A stretch of DNA of 64,000 nucleotides from an archaeon (GCA_043826135.1 JBDRQT010000053.1:4266-68265); one strand, 5' to 3'; shown: positions 36,082 through 45,814, counted from the stretch's first letter. The notes: generated from the letters alone by a model not told the origin. Numbers and translations are program-made.

Positions 36082-37496
36082 TGATCAAACAATTCCCCTT
36101 TTATCCCTAACTCTGCTATTTTTTCACTAAATCTTTTAATACGATTCATTCTAATTTCATAAGTATTCTCTTTGGTGCTCCATTTGTTGCCAAGCTTATC
36201 TCCAATGGTTCTGACAATACCATATTCTTGTTCATGGCTATCCATATATGCCCCGGGGGCAAGATAGGGCTGCCTATATGACCTCACCAGATCAATCACA
36301 TCCTTGTTCCTTTCCATAAATTCAAGAGTTTTACTAAACTCCTCTTCATCTTCACCCGGAAATCCAATGATTATGTAGACGACAACCATAATTCCTGCTG
36401 CTTTGCAGTCCTTGAGATTCTGCTCGATAATTTTTATAGAAGCCGGTTTTTTCATTTTTCTTAGGACAAAATCAGATCCAGTCTCTACACCAAATTCAAG
36501 CCTGTAGCATCCTGCTTTTTTCATCTTATTAAATAGTGCAGCAGTCATATTGAGACTTGCAAGAACCTGGCCTGACCACCTAAGACGCACATTTGATCTA
36601 TCAGTCAAGTCGCAGAATATTTCCAGCTCTTGTACATTCCCGTTTATGAGAGAATCAGTTAATGTGACAGTATCAATGCCATATGTGTCGAAGAGATATT
36701 TGAATTCTTCAAACCTTTTTTTGCCGCTTTTAATTCTGTATTTGCCGTTGATGCTTCTGACCTGGCAAAAAACGCAGTTTGCAATGCAGCCCCTTGACCA
36801 TTCGAGCTGTATATTTTTTGGGAGTCTATATTTAGCAAGATCGAATTCCAGATAATCAGGAAAATAAATACCATCAAGGTTGCTCTGCTGAACCCTTGGT
36901 TTATGCTCAATCTCTCCAGTGCTATCCCAGTAAATAATTCCCTCTATCCCCTTAATGGACTCATTTTTCAACACTTTTCTGATCAATTCCAGTGTTGTTG
37001 GTTCTCCATCTCCAAGGATGAAGCATATATCTTTGATTCCAAGCAGGTCCTTTGTAAAAATGTTTCTGGTCTCCTTGTTTTGGGCAGCGCCGCCACCTAT
37101 CAATATCAAAGCAGAACTTTTTTTCCTAATCCTTTTTATCAGTTCAATAGTAAAAAACTCTCTTGGATTATGTGCACTGAACCCAACAATCTTAGGATTA
37201 TGTCTTAGTATATCTTCTGTATATTCATCAAGAAAAGGATTAATATTTACAAGCTCTCTGATTCCTTTTAGACCAATCCAATATTCCTGCGTGTCCATAC
37301 CAAATAAGAATCTTAATGATTTGTTCAAGCGATGATACAGATCAATATTAATATCCAATATTGTTGATTTTATGCCGCTATCCCGCAGGAAAGAGCTAAG
37401 GGTCGCAATACCGAGTGGAGGAATATCCACATTCCAGGGAGGGGGATTTACAAGCAGAATGTCAATGTCTTTATTTTGAAATAGATTATATTCCAT
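36078..37496 (-). CDS. cobalamin-binding radical SAM protein
   Basis: LLVNPP, PPLGIATL B12-binding domain; SRGCIANCVFC; FGVETGS; IIGFPGE. Confidence 0.9.
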   Translation of the reverse strand: MEYNLFQNKDIDILLVNPPPWNVDIPPLGIATLSSFLRDSGIKSTILDINIDLYHRLNKSLRFLFGMDTQEYWIGLKGIRELVNINPFLDEYTEDILRHNPKIVGFSAHNPREFFTIELIKRIRKKSSALILIGGGAAQNKETRNIFTKDLLGIKDICFILGDGEPTTLELIRKVLKNESIKGIEGIIYWDSTGEIEHKPRVQQSNLDGIYFPDYLEFDLAKYRLPKNIQLEWSRGCIANCVFCQVRSINGKYRIKSGKKRFEEFKYLFDTYGIDTVTLTDSLINGNVQELEIFCDLTDRSNVRLRWSGQVLASLNMTAALFNKMKKAGCYRLEFGVETGSDFVLRKMKKPASIKIIEQNLKDCKAAGIMVVVYIIIGFPGEDEEEFSKTLEFMERNKDVIDLVRSYRQPYLAPGAYMDSHEQEYGIVRTIGDKLGNKWSTKENTYEIRMNRIKRFSEKIAELGIKGELFDH

Positions 37497-37533
37497 TAAC
37501 AAATGCATGATGAGAGTTTTCTTAAATGTTATC

Positions 37534-38010
37534 TTATACCTTGACAATAACAGAGAGTTCGTCAATCTTCACAAAATCAAGCATATTTTTTTTCTTAAGC
37601 TTTTCAAGATATCTGTAGAATGTGGCTTTTGAGCAAAGATTTTCAGTGTCAACAATCTGTTCTTTTATATCTGATGCAGACATATTCTTTTTTTCAGCCA
37701 GGCTGAGTATTCTTGACACTATTACGTTTTTTCTGTTTTTATTGATTTTTCTTAAGATTGAGTGATTAGCATTTGCCTTTGGTTGGACATTTTTTAGGGT
37801 TTCTTTGACAATCTTTGTTATAATCTCGCTATCCAGACCAGTACTATCATTTGAAAAAAGCTTCTCCTTTAGTATAATATTTTCCTGCTGAAGCTTTTTA
37901 TGGTCCTGCTTGATAGAATGAAGTTCAGAAGTCAGCTTTTCCATATCTTCCTTTATCTTGGAAAATGCTGCATGAATCGCAGTCCTATCAATATCACCCC
38001 CGACTGTCAT
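37534..38010 (-). CDS. coiled-coil plus C-terminal winged-HTH protein
   Basis: Heptad-like N-terminus; SASDIKEQIV...CSKATFYRYLEKL HTH; adjoins the repeat-rich intergenic region. Confidence 0.72.
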   Translation of the reverse strand: MTVGGDIDRTAIHAAFSKIKEDMEKLTSELHSIKQDHKKLQQENIILKEKLFSNDSTGLDSEIITKIVKETLKNVQPKANANHSILRKINKNRKNVIVSRILSLAEKKNMSASDIKEQIVDTENLCSKATFYRYLEKLKKKNMLDFVKIDELSVIVKV

Positions 38011-38039
38011 CCGGTTTAGATAGAATATCTGCTATATAA

Positions 38040-38280
38040 ATCTTTTCAAAAACTGAGACAAAAATGAAACAGGCTCACACAATATTGAGACAGATTTGAG
38101 ACTCAAAAAAGACATATTTTCCACAGGAAATAAAGGGGTGTCTCAATCACATTTTTGAGACGAGAAGATATTGAAATGAGACAAAAAAAGGCTAAAATTG
38201 ATACTCATGGAAACGAGGATAGAAGTTCCAGATGTTTCCACAGGAAATTATATATAGATTATACTTATACCTAATTAGGG
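38040..38280. other. candidate replication origin (ORB-like boxes and TGAGAC repeats)
   Basis: TTTCCACAGGAAA at 38118 (followed by TAAAGGGG) and 38235; TGAGAC at 38054, 38086, 38097, 38140 (reverse), 38156, 38177; AT-rich tract after 38247. Confidence 0.65.
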
Positions 38281-38287
38281 TGATATT

Positions 38288-38701
38288 ATGGAGGATTGCA
38301 TTTTTTGTAAGATAATTGATGGACAAATACCTTGTTCCAAAGTATATGAGGATTCAAATGTCCTATGCTTTTTGGACAACGGACCTGTTAACAAAGGCCA
38401 TCTTCTGGTTGTCCCAAAGCAGCATGCTGAATCAATACTAGATGAATCTGATGAGAATCTCGCTCATTGTATGGTTGCCATAAAGAAAGTTGCGGGTGCA
38501 CTAATGAAAGCTATGAAGGCTGAAGGATTTAATGTAATAAATAATGCAAAACCTGCCGCTGGCCAGGTCATTTTTCATACACATTTCCACATAATACCTA
38601 GATTTGCAAATGACGGCCATAGACACTGGCCTCAAAGTAAATACAGCAGTGCTGAAGAAATGGATGATATAAAATTAAGAATAATTAAGAGTATTGGGTG
38701 A
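38288..38701 (+). CDS. HIT family hydrolase
   Basis: DCIFCKI, GHLLVVPK, AGQVIFHTHFHIIPR. Confidence 0.95.
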   Translation: MEDCIFCKIIDGQIPCSKVYEDSNVLCFLDNGPVNKGHLLVVPKQHAESILDESDENLAHCMVAIKKVAGALMKAMKAEGFNVINNAKPAAGQVIFHTHFHIIPRFANDGHRHWPQSKYSSAEEMDDIKLRIIKSIG

Positions 38702-39248
38702 CCAAATCGAGGATATAAGATTGGAGGAATTTAGGAACGATATGCATTATCTAGTTAGCCTAACAAATCATATTGACGACCAATATTCCAAAAACAACAA
38801 TGATACTTATCATTATCTCAAAAGACTGAGAAAGATAGTTGAAAGATTTAATGAAAAATATCAATACGTGCACGTTGCAGTCCAAAAAACCGATCTGAAG
38901 ATCTCAGTCAAACTATATATCAGAAAAGACAGCATCGAAAAAATTCATTCTGATATAACGAATATTAAAAAAAATATTTTTGATCCGAAATTAAATCCGG
39001 CCGAGGTCAACTTTGCATATAATCCTAACAGAAACATGGTTGAATTAATTCCTTCTCCTGACTCGCTTCTCGATAATTCCTCCCCAGAATTCAGACTGCT
39101 CTCAAAATACGCTTTGCTATCATCCAATTCTGATATCAGCATCAAGGAAGAATGTGACAGCCTGTTCTCATTTGAGACAGACCCGAATCTGGGCAGCGAA
39201 GGAATTGTCTATACACCAAGAAATTTTCCAGGAGATAATGTGTATTAA
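38694..39248 (+). CDS. hypothetical protein
   Basis: 184-aa ORF overlapping the HIT stop. Confidence 0.6.
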   Translation: MGDQIEDIRLEEFRNDMHYLVSLTNHIDDQYSKNNNDTYHYLKRLRKIVERFNEKYQYVHVAVQKTDLKISVKLYIRKDSIEKIHSDITNIKKNIFDPKLNPAEVNFAYNPNRNMVELIPSPDSLLDNSSPEFRLLSKYALLSSNSDISIKEECDSLFSFETDPNLGSEGIVYTPRNFPGDNVY

Positions 39249-39296
39249 AGATAGTTTTATAAAATAAACGGATTTCTCCTCTATTGCCGAGCATTT

Positions 39297-39424
39297 GCGG
39301 GTGTAGCTTAGCCTGGTTATAGCGCTGGACTCATATATGCTTATGAGTGATGAGCCGTTTGGCGATGATATTCATAAGGCGCTAAGAAATCCAGAAGTCA
39401 CGATTTCAAATATCGTCACCCGCA
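39297..39424 (+). tRNA. tRNA with CAT anticodon (probably elongator Met) and a 53-nt intron at 37/38 (39336-39388)
   Basis: GCGGGTG/CACCCGC acceptor stem, CTGGA/TCCAG anticodon stem, CT-CAT-A loop, TTCAAAT T-loop, relaxed BHB; no encoded CCA. Confidence 0.9.
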
Positions 39425-39516
39425 CTTATTTATTGGTTGGTGCAAATTGTTTGCTAATCCTAGGATAGAATGGCGAAATAGTATTAATATGACGAGAAGA
39501 GATTCAAGATTGCAGT

Positions 39517-40788
39517 ATGAAAAAAATATTCATAAAAACCTACGGCTGCTCCTTTAATCAGTCTGATTCTGAAATCATGGCAGGGCTGCTTGAACATTCT
39601 GGTAGATACATGATAGTAATAAACGAGAAAAAAGCAGATCTGGTGATAATAAACAGCTGCACCGTGAAGACCAAAGCTGAATCAAAATTCTGGAAAGATA
39701 TCAGAGACATCAAAAAACCAAAGATTCTTGCCGGATGTGTGCCGCAGGCTGATCCGTTCAACACAAAACTTAGTGATTTTTCAGTTATAGGGACCAACAG
39801 TCTGACCTCTATAGTCGATGTAGCGGATGAGACGCTTGCGGGAAATGCTGTAAAACTCCTGAAAAAATCAGCATCGGGAAGGCTAAATATCCCCAAGATA
39901 AGGAGAAATGCCATTGTTGAAATAGTACCTATTAATGAAGGCTGCCTGGGAAGCTGCGATTTTTGCAAAACAATCTTTGCACGGGGTCACCTAAAGAGTT
40001 ACCAAATAGACGACATCGTAAAACATATAAGAAACGCCCTAAATGACGGCGCAAAAGAGATCTGGCTGACCAGCCAGGATACTGCTTGCTATGGCTATGA
40101 CATAAAAACAAACATCGTGGAACTGCTAAAAAGGATACTTGAGATGAAAAGGGATTTTAAGGTAAGGCTTGGTATGGGCAACCCTGATTACATGACTGAT
40201 TATCTGCCTGAATTGATTGAAATCTTTAATGATAAGAGAATGTTTAAGTTCTTGCATATTCCTGTGCAAAGCGGATCAGATAACGTGCTAAAAGCGATGA
40301 AACGAAATTATACTGTAGCCAAATTCAAAAGAATTGTGAGTGCATTTAGAAAAAAGCATCCTGAAATCACAATATCTACAGACTTAATTGTAGGTTATCC
40401 TTGCGAGACTGATGCAGATTTTGAGAAAAGTATGTCTCTCATAAAATCAATCGAGCCTGATGTGCTTAATTTGTCCAGATTCTGGGCAAGGCCTGGAACT
40501 CTTGCTGCGAAAAAAAAGCAGCTTCGGACTGAAATAGTCAAAGAAAGAGGAATAAAAGCAACAAAAATCTGGATTGATACCGCAAAAAATAACAATGCCG
40601 GATGGGAGGGTTGGACAGGCGAGATATTGATAGATGAAATCGGAAAAAATAAGAGCTTTGTAGGAAGAAATTATGCATATAAGCCTGTGATTGTAAAAGG
40701 AGACTTTAGAATCGGTGATACAGTTAGAGTTAAAATCAATAATGCTACAAAAGATGATTTGAGAGGGGAAATAATAAATACTAACTAA
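39517..40788 (+). CDS. tRNA t6A37 methylthiotransferase (archaeal MiaB-like/MtaB)
   Basis: TYGCSFNQSDSE, NSCTVK, GCLGSCDFC, HIPVQSGS, C-terminal TRAM. Confidence 0.92.
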   Translation: MKKIFIKTYGCSFNQSDSEIMAGLLEHSGRYMIVINEKKADLVIINSCTVKTKAESKFWKDIRDIKKPKILAGCVPQADPFNTKLSDFSVIGTNSLTSIVDVADETLAGNAVKLLKKSASGRLNIPKIRRNAIVEIVPINEGCLGSCDFCKTIFARGHLKSYQIDDIVKHIRNALNDGAKEIWLTSQDTACYGYDIKTNIVELLKRILEMKRDFKVRLGMGNPDYMTDYLPELIEIFNDKRMFKFLHIPVQSGSDNVLKAMKRNYTVAKFKRIVSAFRKKHPEITISTDLIVGYPCETDADFEKSMSLIKSIEPDVLNLSRFWARPGTLAAKKKQLRTEIVKERGIKATKIWIDTAKNNNAGWEGWTGEILIDEIGKNKSFVGRNYAYKPVIVKGDFRIGDTVRVKINNATKDDLRGEIINTN

Positions 40789-40803
40789 TTTTAACCTTTA
40801 GCT

Positions 40804-41403
40804 ATGCCAACAATCTCATCAATCGTCGACCTTGTCCTTAAAAAATATTCTTCTGAGATACCCAAGCTAAAAGAAAGCCTTTCATCAAACCTTGAATTCA
40901 GGTTATTCTTTAATATTGATTTGTCAAAACCCTTCAAAGAAGCAAAAAAGGAATTCTTAAAAAATTATATCAATGACATCTTGACACTAAGCCTTGGCAA
41001 CATCAGCCTGGCGGCAAAAAAAGCAAATATACACAGAAGGCATTTCCACAGGATTATAATTGAGCTTGAGGTCGACCCTGAGTTCCATAAAAGAGAGATG
41101 CTTAAGCCCGATGAATATATGAAAACATATGTGCAAAATATTCTTGAGGAGACACTCGCGAGTTTTAGAGAAGAATCAAAAAATAGCAAAGTATATTCAA
41201 ATCTTGATGATATCTCTGTAGTTATTGCCCAAAACATTGATAGCCTTTCTTATGACGATGCCCTTGAAATTTTTGAAAAGGAATACATACAAAGAGCACT
41301 AAAAGATAATGGATATGATATTCATAGAACTGCGCAAGCTATAGGGATGAATGAAAGGACGCTTTACAGAAAGATAAATAAATTGCGGATTACCGGTGTA
41401 TAA
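40804..41403 (+). CDS. protein with two tandem Fis-type HTH domains
   Basis: GNISLAAKKANIHRRHFHR and FEKEYIQRAL...TAQAIGMNERTLYRKI. Confidence 0.8.
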   Translation: MPTISSIVDLVLKKYSSEIPKLKESLSSNLEFRLFFNIDLSKPFKEAKKEFLKNYINDILTLSLGNISLAAKKANIHRRHFHRIIIELEVDPEFHKREMLKPDEYMKTYVQNILEETLASFREESKNSKVYSNLDDISVVIAQNIDSLSYDDALEIFEKEYIQRALKDNGYDIHRTAQAIGMNERTLYRKINKLRITGV

Positions 41404-41444
41404 TCAAAGTCTGATTTATATATAAACTATTTCTGCTAGTAGAG

Positions 41445-42386
41445 ATGATATACCGATTTGAATCTGATTCCAGAGAAAACGCCCCCGGGATGCTCGAAAG
41501 ACTGCTTAGTTTGCTGCGTGACCATGAAATTGATTCAATAGACTCTAGCAGACAAACATATCTTCAGTACATTGCGTATCTTGATGCATTTGGCCTTAAT
41601 TTCAATACACTTTCAGTGAAATCCTTAGATCAAAGTCATACTTCCATTTGCGAAATACCCTCTGTGGGTACATTTGAATTGTCAGGAGAATCCTATGATC
41701 TATTTCATAGATTCAAGAAAACACTGAATGGTGATGAGCTTGAGATAGATACAAGCCATGAATTCGAAAGGCCACTTGAAAGCCGAAGATATTGGAGCGG
41801 ATGGAAAAAAGGTGGACATGCATTAAGATATAGACAGTTATATGGTTGGGTCTGCAATGCTGTTTTGCCGATACTTGGCGAATTTAAAGATTTAGACAAG
41901 ATAATCATAGCTGACATATTTGCAGGTGATGGAGAGTTCATAGAAGTACTCGTAAGAGCAATAGCGCAAGCTACTCAAATCAGAAATGTGGAATTCCATG
42001 TTGTAGATAATAATAGAGCTGCATTAACAATTGCGAGGTCAAGAAGTGACAGCGTACATTCATATCTTCCAGAAGCCTCGTATTTTGTTCATAACAGCAA
42101 TTGCGTCAGAAATCCTCTGCCATTCAGGCAAAATCCGCATATTGTGACTGCCATGGGCGCACTTACACAGGAAGTCTGTTCCAGAAAAAATGCAGAAAAC
42201 TCTGCATTCGATGTGTCTTCGCATCAAGATAAGAGTAGTTTTTTTATTGCAGCTGCAGGTGCTGCAGAAATACAGCTTAGTCGTGCTTACTTCGAGAGTA
42301 TCGGTTATGGAATGCACAATATGAGCATCCCTGCTTTGGTTAAGATGGGAATGAAACCCGATCAACTCTATATTATGCAAAAATGA
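41445..42386 (+). CDS. class I SAM-dependent methyltransferase-like protein
   Basis: IIADIFAGDGE motif I, VVDNN motif II, ALTIARSR. Confidence 0.65.
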   Translation: MIYRFESDSRENAPGMLERLLSLLRDHEIDSIDSSRQTYLQYIAYLDAFGLNFNTLSVKSLDQSHTSICEIPSVGTFELSGESYDLFHRFKKTLNGDELEIDTSHEFERPLESRRYWSGWKKGGHALRYRQLYGWVCNAVLPILGEFKDLDKIIIADIFAGDGEFIEVLVRAIAQATQIRNVEFHVVDNNRAALTIARSRSDSVHSYLPEASYFVHNSNCVRNPLPFRQNPHIVTAMGALTQEVCSRKNAENSAFDVSSHQDKSSFFIAAAGAAEIQLSRAYFESIGYGMHNMSIPALVKMGMKPDQLYIMQK

Positions 42387-42478
42387 CATTTTTGTCACAC
42401 TAATATACTTTTAATCACAATTTTATTTATAAATTAAAGTGCGCAACTTTCGCCTATAATAATTAAAGGTGAAAAATC

Positions 42479-44419
42479 ATGGCAAAAACTGAAAAAAAAG
42501 AGACTAAAAAAGATGAAAATCAGGATAAAACCACTATCGATGCTCTTGATGTGAGCAAACTCAATCTGCCAAAGGAAGCAAAAGAGAAACTCGAGAAGAT
42601 AAAAGGAGAACTTGAAAAATTCAAAAAAGAAGTCGTCGAAAAATTTGATAAATATATCATGGGAATTACTCTGCTTCCGCCAAGAATGCCATTTCCACAG
42701 ATGCAGGGAGGTATGGGAATGCCCCCTGGAATGGGAATGCCATCGATGCCAACAATGGGTATGGGTTCGCCAATGGCACCTGGCCAGATTCAGCAACCAA
42801 ATAAAGATGAAATCTCTATCATGGTACTCGTTGATGATAACGACAGCCAGAAGATGAGTAAATATGAACTTAAAGCAAAACTTTCCCAGATAATCGCAAA
42901 AATTGGAACTGACATAAACCCAAATATTGTTGCTGAAACCATTATCCTAAGCGAACTCTGGCAAAGCTGTTATGATGGCAAGTATGACCTCACTGCAAGA
43001 GTTGCGACAGGAGCCCCGGTATATGATACAGGAATGCTTGCGGCTGTGAAGATCAGCGAAATACATAAACAGATGGTCCTAAAGAAATTTGAAAAATACA
43101 TAGTGACATATGTCCTGGCAGGAAGCCTAGTCCAGGGCAAAGCCAAGCCTGATTCTGACATAGACGTATTTGTTGTCATTGACGACACTGATGTCAAGAA
43201 GATGACCAGGATAGAACTCAAAGATAAGCTGAGAGCAATAATAATCGGTATGGGTCTTGAAGCAGGAGAGATGACCGGAATCAGGAACAAGCTCAATATC
43301 CAGGTATATATCCTTACTGATTTCTGGGAGAATATCAAGGAAGCAAATCCAATAATATTTACATTCCTCAGAGATGGAATCCCCTTCTATGACAGAGGAA
43401 TATTCATGCCATGGAAACAGCTGCTGCAGATGGGACGGATTAAGCCAAGCCAGGAAGCAATTGATTTATTCATCACGTCAGGAGACCAGATGATCTCCAG
43501 GGTCAAATTCAAGCTAAATACAGTCGGTATGGAAGATACTTTCTATGCAATACTTACTCCGAGCCAGGCGGCTATCATGATGTATGGAATAGCTCCTCCG
43601 ACTCCAAAAGAGACACCTGATCTCATGAGAGAGATATTTGTCAAGAAGGAAAAGCTTCTTGAGAATGAGTATGTTGATATTCTGGAAGCTAACATAAAGC
43701 TCAGGAAAGACCTGGAGCACGGAACAAAGAAAGAGCTTACAGGAAAAGAGATAGACAAACTTCTTGAAGATTCTGATAGATACCTGAAAAGGATTAAAAA
43801 ATTGTTCAAGCAGATAGAGAAAGTCAAGGAAGAAGAAAACATAGTGCACCTCTACGACACTTCTGTCACAATGCTTAGGGATGTCCTTAGGCTTGAAGGT
43901 GTTGAATCTGTCAAAGAAGAAGAGCTTGTAAAAGTCTGCGAAAATAACCTTGTCAACAGCGGAAAGATGCCTCAGAAGTATGTGAGGATGATCAAAGAGA
44001 CGCTTAAAGCCAAGAAGGATTATGACGCTGGCAGCCTGACAAAAACAGATATATCAAATGTCCAGAAAGATAGCTCTGAACTACACAGGTTCCTTGTTGA
44101 ATATATACAGAGGAAACGCGGCAAAGAGATGGAAAGGACAAAAATCAGGGTAAAGTACGGGAAACTTTATGGTGAAGTGATTCTTCTTGGAAAGCATGCA
44201 TATGTCATCCATGACCTGGACAGTGAAGAAAAACAGATTTCAAAGGCAGCAATATCTGAAGACGGTGCGCTTGTTGATATGAAAGAGAGCTCACACGAAG
44301 AGCTTGAGAAAGCGCTGACCGAAGAAGCGCTCCCAAACCGTGCTTACATAAAGCAGCCAATCTTTGAGAATCTGAGAGAGATTTTTGGAAAGGATGTTGA
44401 AATAATGGTAAGCCAATAA
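42479..44419 (+). CDS. nucleotidyltransferase (MNT) domain protein with HEPN-like helical domains
   Basis: AGSLVQG...SDIDVFVVIDD Pol-beta motif; a degenerate first MNT copy; RKDLEH (Rx4H). Confidence 0.8.
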   Translation: MAKTEKKETKKDENQDKTTIDALDVSKLNLPKEAKEKLEKIKGELEKFKKEVVEKFDKYIMGITLLPPRMPFPQMQGGMGMPPGMGMPSMPTMGMGSPMAPGQIQQPNKDEISIMVLVDDNDSQKMSKYELKAKLSQIIAKIGTDINPNIVAETIILSELWQSCYDGKYDLTARVATGAPVYDTGMLAAVKISEIHKQMVLKKFEKYIVTYVLAGSLVQGKAKPDSDIDVFVVIDDTDVKKMTRIELKDKLRAIIIGMGLEAGEMTGIRNKLNIQVYILTDFWENIKEANPIIFTFLRDGIPFYDRGIFMPWKQLLQMGRIKPSQEAIDLFITSGDQMISRVKFKLNTVGMEDTFYAILTPSQAAIMMYGIAPPTPKETPDLMREIFVKKEKLLENEYVDILEANIKLRKDLEHGTKKELTGKEIDKLLEDSDRYLKRIKKLFKQIEKVKEEENIVHLYDTSVTMLRDVLRLEGVESVKEEELVKVCENNLVNSGKMPQKYVRMIKETLKAKKDYDAGSLTKTDISNVQKDSSELHRFLVEYIQRKRGKEMERTKIRVKYGKLYGEVILLGKHAYVIHDLDSEEKQISKAAISEDGALVDMKESSHEELEKALTEEALPNRAYIKQPIFENLREIFGKDVEIMVSQ

Positions 44420-44464
44420 GAATTTTTTTATAATATTTTTTGCAGAGGGGGTAATTTATTTTTT

Positions 44465-45022
44465 ATGTCAGATAAAATTAATTTTGACTCAATCGAAGAA
44501 TGCTTGGCAGAATCACAGCAGTATTCTATCGAGAGATTGCTTGAAATTCTTGTGAGTGAGGAAAAACCAAAGGCGTATATTATTTCTGAGAACAAACCGC
44601 TGCAGATTGAGGACCTTGATAACAGTGAAATTATTGTTGAAAAAAATTTAGATATCAAGCTCCTGCTTTATGAACTCTCTGACGGAAGTTACTTGGTCTA
44701 CAAAAAGAAGGATGATTCAGAAGAAGGAGAGGAAAAGAATGCAAAGGGAACTTATGCCACAGAATCAGGCAAGGATTATGAATTATTTGTCCCAACTGGG
44801 GTGACTGTAAGAAGGGTGCCTCAGAATGTGCTTGGAAATGGCGTCCTTGGTAGGGCATTCATCCATTCAAATTACATTGAGATATTAGATTCTTTAATGG
44901 GAAATGAATACACAGAAGTCCTAACTCATGAAGTCTATCACATTCTATTTCCTGAAAAAAAAGAGATGGAGATCCGGCAGATGACAATGTATACTCTGGG
45001 GAATGCTACGGTTTATCATTGA
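44465..45022 (+). CDS. hypothetical protein with C-terminal HExxH motif
   Basis: GVLGRA...EVLTHEVYH, zincin-like motif. Confidence 0.6.
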   Translation: MSDKINFDSIEECLAESQQYSIERLLEILVSEEKPKAYIISENKPLQIEDLDNSEIIVEKNLDIKLLLYELSDGSYLVYKKKDDSEEGEEKNAKGTYATESGKDYELFVPTGVTVRRVPQNVLGNGVLGRAFIHSNYIEILDSLMGNEYTEVLTHEVYHILFPEKKEMEIRQMTMYTLGNATVYH

Positions 45023-45298
45023 ATTAATGTTTGAAACTACATCTTATCCTTGGACTACTAAGCATTGCGAAATAGTCCTTAGTATTTTCCCTCAAGGATT
45101 TTGATAAAAGCCTTGGCATGATGACAAGATAAATATCAAACAAATTAGTAGATTGTTTCTTTTAGAAATTCTAATAAAGTTGTAATTTTTCAAACCTATT
45201 TATTACAATTATATTATCAACGTTATTCTTTGCATCGCCATCTTCAATAATCTTAAATACTAGAAGGTTCTTTAAATATTCAAACAAGGATTTTAAGC

Positions 45299-45814
45299 AT
45301 GGTAGAATACTATATCACGGTTGCAGGTGAATCCATAAATTATGAAGGCCTTTTCACTATGAAAGACCTCTTTAGGATCATTGATAAATACTACAGGACC
45401 AAAGGTTTTGATAAGAAGATTGTTTTTGACGAGGAATACACGACTGATAAGGGCAAATACTTCCATCTCAAAACTCATTATTATAAAAAGGTGGATGCGT
45501 ATATTAGGTTAACGACAAGACTTTGGATTTACGTAAATGACTATGTTGTTGTTGAAAAAGAAGTAGAAGGCAACAAAATCAAGACAGGCCAAGGGAAAAT
45601 ATCTATAACCTTTGATGCATCTCTCCAGACAAATTATTTTGGTATTTATCCAGATACAGTACTTTTTTATTTTTTATTCAGGCTTCTTTATGAGAAGATA
45701 TTTGCCGGTGGAAAGATCAAGTACTGGGACCAAGTATCAAAGCACGTAATCAATGAACTAAAAACTGAAATAAGCAGCTATCTCAACCTGAACAAGTTTT
45801 TGTACGAGAGATGA
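45299..45814 (+). CDS. hypothetical protein, paralog 1 of tandem triplet
   Basis: YEGLF..KDLF N-terminus, GKISI, YLNLNKF C-terminus shared with neighbours. Confidence 0.8.
   Translation: MVEYYITVAGESINYEGLFTMKDLFRIIDKYYRTKGFDKKIVFDEEYTTDKGKYFHLKTHYYKKVDAYIRLTTRLWIYVNDYVVVEKEVEGNKIKTGQGKISITFDASLQTNYFGIYPDTVLFYFLFRLLYEKIFAGGKIKYWDQVSKHVINELKTEISSYLNLNKFLYER

Noticed and set aside
39297..39424. Initiator tRNA-Met or tRNA-Ile2
   Set aside because: Lacks the A1-U72 pair and the three consecutive G-C anticodon-stem pairs of initiators. The 37/38 intron favours elongator Met, but Ile2 cannot be fully excluded.
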